A DNA stretch of 58,122 nt, counting the filler, from Jimgerdemannia flammicorona (Eukaryota), in NCBI GenBank assembly GCA_003990765.1. It is 3 parts of 3 records of this genome, joined end to end, with 100 filler letters (N's around TTAATTAATTAA, not from the genome) between each part and the next. Parts side by side here need not be neighbours in the genome. Positions count along the whole stretch, not along the records: positions 19,410 to 38,716 come from RBNJ01001973.1; positions 38,817 to 58,122 come from RBNJ01001974.1; 1 more part is not named here. One strand, 5' to 3'. This document shows positions 38,293 to 48,489 of this stretch, one piece after another (the first letter of the stretch is position 1; the number at the start of each line of letters is the position of its first letter). The notes under the pieces are model-generated. The model was given only the letters and a program-made list of their open reading frames with translations. It searched no databases and was not told the origin of the DNA. Made by a program: the position numbers and the translations under genes.

Positions 38293-39302
38293 TGTAATAG
38301 AGCGAACAGATGGGACGCAATGAACGATGAGCGATCACATGACCCGGTGATGATGTCATCATATGATCGAGTGCGGCATATGAATAATGATGCAAACAAA
38401 TGACGCGGAAAATGATATTTAGCTTATCCCTGACAACCGGCGCTGCAGCAACAGTTGCCACAGCTGCTGATCATTGCCTAGTAATTGAGGTCCTGATCAC
38501 AAAGATATTCTTTACCAAAAACCACCTGACAAAGGTTGTGATTACAAATCTCATTATAGTTACCAAATTAGTTACTCATACTTAGTCAGAAATCGCAGAC
38601 CAACTTGTATAAATACCCCCCAGTTTCCATCTGAAATAAAGCAGTTTTAGTTCAGTCCTTGATACAAGAATCAAGTCCCCCCCACACACACACATTTCCC
38701 TGAGTCTTAGTTTTTTNNNNNNNNNNNNNNNNNNNNNNNNNNNNNNNNNNNNNNNNNNNNTTAATTAATTAANNNNNNNNNNNNNNNNNNNNNNNNNNNN
38801 NNNNNNNNNNNNNNNNACCAACTTGTATAAATACCCCCTAGTTTCCATCCGAAATAAAGCAGTTTTAGTTCAGTCCTTGATACAAGAATCAAGTCCCCCC
38901 CACACACACACATTCCCCTGAGTCTTAGTAATGACATCTAAGTGACTCTAGTGTTTCTGACTAAACTCCAGAAGCCTAGCTAACTTCTGCCAGAACTGAG
39001 ACCGGTATATAAATCCCCAAAGACTTAAGTAAACCCATTGAACCTGAATACCAAGGCGAATTCAGTCTGTGCACAGCAAAGAACAAGACCCTTGAAATAG
39101 GGCACAAGAGAAAGACCTTTGAAACAGAAGGCAAACCAGAAAGACCTTTGAAAGATAAGGCACTGCCACTACAACTTCTTTAAGCGAGCGCTTCCTCAAC
39201 TGAAGGCTTCTTGGTACACATTGTGTACTAAGTCCCTAAGTAATAGTCCACTTCCCTAATTATCCTAAAGATAAGAGAGGGATAGAAGTGAGAGTTATTA
39301 CA
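38293..39302 (+). repeat. 3' LTR (split by the spacer, probably two different copies)
   Basis: Matches the 5' LTR; about 110 bp is repeated on both sides of the spacer, with substitutions. Confidence 0.9.
38717..38816. other. Assembly spacer (44 N + TTAATTAATTAA + 44 N)
   Basis: Same construct as 19310-19409. Confidence 0.97.
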
Positions 39303-39499
39303 GACTGGTACAATTAAGTCACCAAGTCTCTCTACTCATAGCAGATCCCACTTTTCCAGCATATCACCAATTGCTCCTACATCTGCACCCCCTTCCTTCT
39401 CACTTCACAGACTCCTCTATTGCTCCTTCAGAACCCCCAATATCTGTTACATACCATATACTATTTCCCCCTCAGCATCTAAGACCCCATCTCAATGAT
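39303..39499 (-). mobile_element. LINE ORF2 fragment
   Basis: Its reverse complement aligns to ~24470-24665. Confidence 0.8.
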
Positions 39500-40120
39500 G
39501 TCATCTGAGTTATCTAAGCTATCTGTGCCATCTGAGTAATATTCCCAGAAGCCTACCAATTCAGAAAGAATCCATGATATCTGAGTTATTCATTGTTCTC
39601 AGTGAGCCTGGAACAGAAGAATCCACTGCCAGTACAATTTCTAGTAAAAAGAATCTGTGTCATCTTCTATTTCCAAACTACTGATTTAGAAGAATTCATA
39701 CCAAATCAAATTATCCACCAAATTGTCAGAATGTCCTACATAAGGAATCTGCTGTGCTATATAGAGATTGTTGTACTATATAAAGAAATCACCCACTACT
39801 CAAGAAGAAGAACTACTAAATTGGCAGACTGTTATATATAGAGATCATCATGCTATATATGAAATTCTACCAATTCTCAGTTGACCTAAGAAGGAAAGAT
39901 ATACAAATCACTGCTACACCCAGAGAACCATCCTAAAAAGGAAATCTGACAAAATCAATTATTGTATCCAGAACTTGACTATTATACTACTAAACACCAA
40001 TAAGGATCTCAGAAATCTTGGAACATTTTATTACTTTTTGACAAAGTAACTAGGGGCTAAAGCTAAACTACATCAATCCTCAATCTTGTAATTTGCCTCC
40101 ATTGAGTCAGGTATATTACA
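39500..40120 (+). mobile_element. Partial LTR of family D
   Basis: Inverted homolog of ~440-980, ending ATTACA at 40120. Confidence 0.8.
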
Positions 40121-40229
40121 GTATAGATGGTATAACTATTACTGCCTAATTAGAAATTAAAAGTATTTCTAACACCCTTACTTACTGAACTATAAGATAG
40201 ATGATAGAGTGGGCTAGAGAGCAGATGAG

Positions 40230-40495
40230 CCAGAAATCAAGATATTGAATAGCTATAAGTCAAAAGCAGGTGGCCTTATTTAAGAGACAGAAGACAGTCT
40301 TAATTATGAGGCTAATAGGTAATTTTAAATTGAAATGCCAGGCAGTCTTAAGTTAAGGACAAGTGATCTTAAATTGAGAGGCTGGATAGCTATAAATTAA
40401 GAGACCAGATGGCCTTAGATCAAGACACTAGATAGTCTATTAATATAAAATTATCTGCTAATTTAAGCTGTTCAGTCTCTCAATTTAAGGCCACC
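40230..40495. repeat. Degenerate direct and inverted short-repeat array
   Basis: Units like GGCCTTAAATTGAGAGRCTGRAYAGCT, with an inverted copy at ~40460-40496; possibly a DNA-transposon end. Confidence 0.45.
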
Positions 40496-40890
40496 TCCTC
40501 TAGATACTTACAATAATCTAAGATATGATAATTTCATATCATAACTATAACTAAGTATTATATTGAAAATATCTACTAGTATATTTATAATTAATTTCAT
40601 ATCATAATCTAACTTATAATTATTTATTTATTTATATTAAGTATTATATAAATTATAATTAAAATATTAAATATTAGTACTATATATTATATATATTAAA
40701 TTTTATAAATAGATATACATATATAAATTAGGTTTAGAGTTAGAATTTAGAGCTAGGTAGATTTAGAGTAGAGTTATATTAAGTTATATAAATAAAATAA
40801 TATATAATTGAATAAATATTACTTATATTCTATTAAAGTCATCATTGAGATAATTAGTCTCCAAACTGCTTTGATCCTTATAGCTTACCA

Positions 40891-40921
<31 letters not shown>

Positions 40922-41029
40922 GTTAAAGTTATTTATAATAATGAAAATCTACTAAAATAGTTTGCTTATTAGATACATAACTAATTAATATAAAAAACAG
41001 TAAAAAACATTATTCAATCTATTATTTCA

Positions 41030-42450
41030 ACTATGCTATCTGGGTATCTTCTTGTTGATATATGGGCCAGTTTTGCTGAAAACCTGGTAGGAGAAAAAGG
41101 GGGTCACCTAAGGAGAGACTCTTTAGAGCTGAGGAGGATGCTACATCACTCTTATAAGGTAGGTAATAATTCTTAGTTTTTACTGGTTACCAAAGATATA
41201 GTATCTGGTATATTAATTATACTTTTCAGCTTGGGTGATAGAGAGGTTATTGAAAATGGCTAAAGACTAGAACTGGGCGAGAAAGCAGAGTCAGATAAGT
41301 TGGGAGGTCTTGGTGATACCAGTAAAGAGAGGAGATCTGGGTCTAGTAGACCTTCTGCAGAGGTTACACTATCTTAGAGCTTAGTGGCTGAAGAGAGCTA
41401 GAGAGCTGTGGGGTGGTGAGTAGATACTACTAATACAGAGGGTCTGGAAGGTGGGGTTCTCCCCCAGAGGATTCTCAGGTAATATATTGTCAATAGTTAA
41501 ACTGAGAGACAGTAGACACCTGTGGTACATATAAAGGATTTTGGTAAAGGTTAGAAGATGGAGCTAATTGTATTAACTTATACTGACAGGAGGATAAAAG
41601 AGAGATATACTGGGGTTCATCAATGTAGTGATTGGATAGACTACTACTGGGTGGCTCCTCACTGTTAGACTTTGATATTAGTAAGTATATAGAGTACCAA
41701 TACAGTCTGGGTGAGGATTTGTAGCCTATCAGCTAGCAGATAGTAGATATTGGTAAGGCATAAGATTGGGCTGATGTCTGGTCATAGTATGCTGTAATAT
41801 AGTAGTAGCTACCTCCAAAGTTCTGAGTAGTATAGTGGTATATACATTATGTTGAACTTTACTCTGGATATCAGGTTGTTGGAGAGATCTTCAATTGTAA
41901 AGAGTGCTTTAATGTTGGGCAGGAGAGTGACTTTATACAGATACTAGAACATTGGCTAGAGGAGTACAAGATCCTTCGGGACTTCTGGATATTGATTGGT
42001 GATCATTTGGGGGTAGTGAGAAGTGTGATTGGGGAGGGGAGTCATTGGGAGAACTTGTGAATTTATTTGGTTAGATATAGTAAGAATGAGTGGCTCACTA
42101 TTGGGTGAGCCATAGCAGTGTAGGTGGGTTGGCCAGATATTGACTATATGTATTTGAGGAGGGGAGATGGATGAGCTTAGAGTATATAGTGAGGTAGAAG
42201 AGATTGATGATGGATGTTTTATCTGGGTGGTGAAAGAGGTGGGGCCCCCAGAGTGATCACCACTATCACTTAGTAGAATCAATCTATATGTAAAGTAGGG
42301 AAGAGATTGTAATGATTAATGGACTGGTGATATTTAAAAGAGAGAGAGTTGGAGGTAGGTTTCTTAGCAGAATCGGGTAGCATAACTGGGTAAGAATTGG
42401 GATTTATATTATTTAGTATAGACTGATAATAAAGTAGGAGACCAAGTAAC

Positions 42451-42512
<62 letters not shown>
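41030..42512 (+). mobile_element. LINE 3' relic with 59-nt poly(A) tail
   Basis: Colinear with ~25590-27020 (YLGIF onward); AATAAA at 42428 and an A run at 42454-42512. Confidence 0.88.
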
Positions 42513-42517
<5 letters not shown>

Positions 42518-44155
42518 GTATTCAGAAGTTCTGTTTGTTCAGATTGTTCAAGTCTGAGTTTCTGAGGTCTGGGGGAGGGAATATTTATACTAATGAGAGG
42601 CTATCTAGACTATGTATGCTAAATATGGATGTAGTACTTAGTATCTTACTGAGTCAGAATGCAGTCATGTAGTACAAGTGGGAACTGATATGTCAAGAGA
42701 TTGTCTGACTGATAAGTCAGTATATGGTTATATTATATAAGACTAATTTAACTGTACTAATGACTATTAAGCTATCTATAGATTTAGATACTATCTGAGT
42801 AGTCTTTGATGATATTACTATTGATGACATTATCTCTGATGAAGTAGTTATCTAAGAAGAGTAGTTCTTGAATTACTTCTCCCTATTTGCTCAGGTAATA
42901 ATACATTGGAATCATATCACTATTCTACAGAATAGTATTATCTGTTTCATATATTGGATATAGAGTTGGTAGGTGAAGGAGAAATACATCATCTTTACTT
43001 TCATTGGATTCACTATCTGTGTATCTTCTATAGGTTACAGTACTATGTATTACTAGGTTGTAGTAAGCTGGCAGCTATTCTTTATATCACTTATACTTAG
43101 GTAGTAAAGTTGTTAGTTTGATCTCAAGGGTTATCTGAAGGTACAGGTTGTATTCTCTGATCTCTTCATTGTAGTTAAAGTAGTCAGGTGTAAATGTGGA
43201 TTAGTACTTATACTAGTGGTCATTATCTCAATAGGTCTCATAGATGATTATGAACTGTTGTAAGTTTATCAGCAAGATTGGTAGGGTGATCTAGGCTAGT
43301 AGAGATCCTTAGCTGAAGGTTCTATCAGTGTCAGAGGGATTGTTATCTTCTGCTTCATTATTATTGAACTGGATTATATTATAGATATTCTTTATGGTAT
43401 ATCCAACTTGAGATATTTACAGAATGTGATCATTGAGATGCAGAAAGGTTCTATCTATGATTTGGATATATTTGATATACTTGTGGTTGAGTTCTTATAT
43501 CATATTATCGATTTGGCCATAGGACAGAGTGACAATCATTTCCACAGTAGTAACTCAGAGGTGGGGAATAAAGGTGCTATATGTATTTATTAAAGAGCTC
43601 TTGGTGCTTATGGGCAATGAGTTTCTGGTGTTGAGACATCTGAGTAATGTCTGTATTATAGTGGTGTTCAACTATATCTTCTAGAAGATGGCTGATATAG
43701 TAGTAGCTTGAGATTTGTCTAATTCAGTAGGCTTCACTGAGTATGTTCAGAGCATTCTATTAGACTTTCACAAAGTAGAGAGATATTAGACTATAGATAT
43801 TTATAAGGAGCAGGAGAGGTATAACTCATTTGATAATAGTATTCCAAATGTCAGCATGGATGTGGTTGTAGATCTCAGTAGTTGTAGTTGTATATACATA
43901 TGTTCAAGAGTTGTGGTTATTTGTTTGATTTGTTTGGTTCTCTATTTTGATATATCTGAGTACTTGGTATATATATATTTGGTCCTAATTAGTAAGATTC
44001 TATTTATGTAAATCTTGTGTTCTGTGACTTTTATTTGACTCAGCTTTGTACTCTATGACTTCAGTTTGACTTAGCTTTATGATCTTATATATAATTTTCA
44101 GATTTGTTCTGAAGGTGATATGTGATTTCAGTGGCTTAGAGGTTGTGTACTTATA
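42513..44155 (-). repeat. Long 3' LTR of family B (at least 1.6 kb, truncated at the poly(A))
   Basis: Starts TATAAG (decayed TGTAAG) just after PPT AAGAAGGGGAGAG (44157-44169) and the GGATGTC pre-PPT motif. TATA motifs at ~43800 and ~42585. Confidence 0.72.
43300..43755 (-). pseudogene. Accessory ORF3 homolog inside the family B LTR (3' end undefined)
   Basis: SYYYISHLL...LIAHKHQELF...(frameshift)IPHL*VTTVEMIVTLSYGQID, downstream of TATAAATATC. Confidence 0.65.
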
Positions 44156-46079
44156 ACTCTCCCCTTCTTAGCTTTTGACATCCTTGTTGAGGTCTTATAA
44201 TTTGGTCTAGTGTTGTTATATCATTTGGATGATCAAAAGTCTAGTAATATCCATTTTTCTCAGAAAGTGGTATACTTGTAATATAGTTGCCTAATGTATT
44301 AGATTTATATATTAAAGGGTCATATATTTGATATGTATCATATACTGGAAGTGATTCTGATGTCATTCACTGCTAAAGAATTTTCTCTAAGAAATCTTCT
44401 TAAATATCTATACCTTATTTCTCACCAGTGGTATGGGGAGAATAGGCTGGCTTTCAGTTTTGTTATTTTTCTAGAGAGTTGGTATTCTTTTGTCTTATCT
44501 TGCTGAGTTCTTGATTTGTTCATAATAATTATAAGAGTACTTAATGTTTGGAAGGTGTAGTATATAGTATAGACTGACAGATATTAGAGTGTTCAGGTTT
44601 CAGTTGTTCAAAGAATCATATTCTTGAACTAGATTAGTAGTATTCTAGAGGTTGGTCTTGGGTTTCCATGTTGTATCATAGATTTAACCTTTTCATTTAA
44701 CAAGGTATTCTGGATGATTCTTGTGGCTATATTTGTTGAGGATTTGTTCAACTTTATATTCTCCTTGGTCATTAATAATAATAGGTACAGATGGGTTTGC
44801 ATTTTGGTTCAAGAATAGCCTATCATCATTTTTATTACATTACTTGAGATATTGGATATTGAAGACTGAGTGAATCTTAATGGTATCTGGTAGTATCAAT
44901 TTATAGGAAGTTAGAGAGACTTATATAATAACTTTGAATAGTCTAATGAATTTACTATTCAGCTTCATAAATAGTCTGTACTTAAGGTTATCAACTCAGT
45001 ATTCTTGGATATCTAGTAGAACTTTTTCTCTAATGTCAAAAGTTTCTTCTCAGCAGTACTGGTTAATATACTGTGACTGTTGTTCTTGAGCTCAGGATAA
45101 ATTCTCAATTGCAATCTAACTTAAATTATATATTTGGAGCACAAATTCTTCAATAGCTGGATTCATCAGTAGTTCTGATAAGTATCAGAGGGGTGTTTGG
45201 GTTTTGTTCTGTATTGGTAAAAAATGGGGTCATTCTAATAGAGGCTTACTTGCTGTTATTGTAGGTAAACTCAACTGTAGTAAAGTATTCATGCCAATTA
45301 TCTTGCCTATAGAAAACATAGTTCTTTAGCATTTATTCTAGAGTTTGGTTCATCATTTTAGTTTAACTGTCATTTTAAAGTAAAAAGCTATAGATAGCAA
45401 GTTTTGTTCCAAGATATACATATAGGGCTTTCTAAAAGTAGCTGGTGAATTTTGGGTCTTGATTACTAATAATGATCTTGAGAAGACCATGATAGTAGAA
45501 GATGTTGTTAAACAAGAGTGTAGCTCTGTCTAGTGCTGTTGCAGTAGTAATAGTTAGTACTAAATAGGCTTGTTTGCTGAGATAGTCTACAAAGATAACA
45601 ATTGCATCTTTTCCATTCTTAGTTCAGGGTAGTTGTATAATAAAGTCTATAGAGATTTATTCCTAATTGGCAGATAGTACAGAGATAGAGTGAAGTAGGT
45701 CAGGTTTTGCTAGGATTGAGGACTTATTGTATTGGTAGATATTACAGAAGGAAATATAGATCTTTAGCTAATCAGTCATATAAGGCCAATAGAAGTTTTG
45801 GAAAATAGCTTCATAGTATTTATCAAATTCTAAATATTGTAATGGTGACCCCAGAATGATGACATCAGTACAGAAGACAGCCTTTCCTTGTAAGCCACCA
45901 GATTGGAGCACAAGAAGATTATACGGCATATGAGATGAATAATAATAACCAACTGTGAGTCATTGTGATCACGGTACAAGCATCCTGAAGAATATAAAAG
46001 AAGGATCAAGGAACTGCAGTAGCAGCAACCAATAAGAACCACCAATCCCAAAATAGCTCAAAGACTTACTACAAATGAA

Positions 46080-46907
46080 ATACCTGCTGCCCACCAAACC
46101 TCAAGGTCAAGGAACCACCAAGGCACCTTGGTTGAAGAAAGGATGTTCTAAGACATCAGAAGAGCCATGGAGACCTGCTCAAGAAGGACTCCCAGTATCT
46201 ACCTGGGTACTGCAGACCCTTATCACTTCATTCTCTACCGCCGTGAAATGGAAACAAGGATCACTATTGCTACCGAATGCCTCCAAATGTGGCAGGAGTA
46301 TGAAATAGGAAACCTCCTCTGCCAGGAGTTCTCACAGGCCAGCACCCAAGAGCTACAAGATGCTACTCCCATGGACATACGTGAAACAAGGACAGCTAAG
46401 AAGATCCATTAGATCTTCAGACATGTACCATGGTCAATCCCCAACTTGGAGTATGTTAGAGTCTCAGATTTCAGAGACCTGTCATTCCACCATATCAATG
46501 CACTAGAAGCCAGGGTGGCTACAGAAGCCCAGTCCACTATCACCCTCAATAGTGAAGAAGTAGAAGACTTCTAGTACCCTATCCTCCAGGACAACCCAGA
46601 TCAATTCCTGCAAGGATTTATCTCAGTATTCCAAGGCCCAAGCATCTAGGTTAGACCTCTCCAAGACCCCACATTTATTCCCTATTTTGTGGAAGAAAAC
46701 CTCATAGACTGGAGAGCTCCAGATCTTATTCCCAATTTCCCCACCACAGCCGAACGTGATGACGTCATCGATGATGTCATCCTGTGCGACATACCCGAAG
46801 CATGTGAAGTATGTGAAATGCGTAACCTGCATGACGAATTCGCGGATCTCATCTCCTTCAGTGATGATGATGATAAAGCCCCCATGATCCTGAACTTTCT
46901 GCTCTAA
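46080..46907 (+). pseudogene. Uncharacterised accessory protein (ORF3, 275 codons) within the LTR
   Basis: Single frame with no frameshifts; start ATA (from ATG) and four transition-type stops. (M)PAAH...ERMF*DI...WQEYEIGNLL...TAKKIH*IFRHVPWSIPNLEYVRVSDFRDLSF...FADLISFS...PMILNF. Confidence 0.88.
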
Positions 46908-46917
46908 GTTCTTTGTT

Positions 46918-47041
46918 ACACTGGATAATGCCAACACTGGTATTCTCATATAACACTGGATAATGCCAGCACTGGTATTCTGAGGTGATGCAAAATTGTT
47001 CCAGCACCTGCATTTTGATGTGACACTGGATAATGCCAGCA
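46918..47041 (+). repeat. Triple direct repeat ACACTGGATAATGCCA(G/A)CA in U3
   Basis: Copies at 46918, 46954 and 47023, upstream of the main LTR TATA. Confidence 0.85.
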
Positions 47042-48489
47042 TCCTGAATCTGTACAACCATCAGTACTGACCCTGGAACTTAGTAGTTTTAGTTATTGGA
47101 GTTTATATTTAGCTTTATATCTTAGCAACCATTGAATTATATTTTGTATAAATATCCCTCTTATTTCCTCTGAAATAAAGTCAGTTCTTCTCAGTACAAT
47201 ACATTCAATTCCTTGCAAGCAATCTAAGAGATAACAAGACAGTTAAAGATAAGAAGTTTGAGGACTATAAGACTTTGGGAAGGCACTCCAATAAGAACTT
47301 GCTTATAACAAACTTGAGTTAGTCTAAGAGATATACCTTGAAGAGAATCTGGTGTATTTGAAGAACTCAGTGACCACTACATGACAATATCTAGCTATAG
47401 GGACATCATGACTTTAAATAGGATAGTCCTTCAGAGATCTCAATTGCTAAGAATATACAATCTGTCCTTATAGTAGATAGCATTGTTCTTCAGTTGATAT
47501 TGATGATACTGGGAGTGCTTGTCAATATTATCACTGCTCAGGATTTCTCAGAGTACTTGGACTTCATTATCATAAGTGTATGCTACAATAATTTATTCTA
47601 TGATAGAGTTGGTAACCAAGGTGAGGGTTTGAATAACCTCTTCAATTGGTGGTCTAGAAATTACATTAGTAAAGATATTCTCCTTGTCAGAATAATACTA
47701 GATTTCATAGTTAATGTAACAGTTCTAGTTTCTTTAGAAGTTCTAATTGACCTAAAGTAGCTTAAAGAGATACTTAAAGGTTCAAGTGTTCTTGAAGGAT
47801 TTCTGGGAGAAAATATTCTGAGCTTTATTTAGACAGAGAACAAGGATATTTATACATAATTTAAAAGAAGATCTGGAATGATCTTAGAAAGAAAGAAAAA
47901 TACCAAGAAATAGGTTCTCAGCAAAGCTGACTAATACTATTCTACAATGTTCCAAAAGGTTCTATGACTATCTAAGACAAGACACTTACATAGTACTAAG
48001 AAAGGACAAGAATGTTCTAGTGGTGTCTGGGTACTGAGAGAAGGTTTCTAAGTAAGTAGAAGGTGGCAGAACATAGTAGAATGTTCAAGAAATGACAAGA
48101 AAAGAATAACTAAAAGATGCAAAAATATACTAAAACTAAATATGACTGTGAAATTGTTACATCTTTCTCTCCTTAAGAACCAATATCCTCATTGAGTTCT
48201 TAGGTAATATAAGACTAGATATACTTAACCAAAATTTCTCAAACTTGTATTAGCATATTAGTGGAATTGGTCATCCTCATATAGGACAGAGGGCCTATTA
48301 CCAGACTAACCAACTGGGAGGGGTTCGAACCCAGCTAGTAGCTTCATTTCAGTGGACTTCTTGTTCATTAAATGTTCTGCTAGTTCCAGGGTCCCAAAGT
48401 AAACTTCCAATACATAAGACACTGGTCATTGCCATAGGTCATTGACAATCCAAGAAAGTCACTATAGGGGTTGAGTAATGTATTTTATC

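Larger units (their letters stand above)
29939..39302 (+). mobile_element. Ty3/Gypsy chromovirus, family A (LTR-gag-dUTPase-PR-RT-RH-IN-chromo-accessory ORF-LTR)
   Basis: Paired LTRs, PBS, PPT and the complete Gypsy domain order. The right end crosses an assembly spacer and the flanks lack a TSD (CTAC vs GACT). Confidence 0.97.
45838..47386 (+). mobile_element. Solo LTR (1549 bp) carrying an accessory gene, family F
   Basis: TGTAAT...ATGACA flanked by ATAT/ATAT. Removing it restores the host integrase motif HDVPIA(G)(H)L(G)FDK. TATA boxes at 45993 and ~47147, AATAAA at ~47174. Confidence 0.92.

Noticed and set aside
46075..46308. Track ORF MKYLLP... as the start of the LTR gene
   Set aside because: It is in a different frame; homology to family A continues in the frame starting at ATA 46080 (mutated ATG, MPAAH vs MPATH).
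48300..48400. tRNA gene at GGTTCGAACCC
   Set aside because: No A-box, D arm, anticodon arm or acceptor stem can be built.
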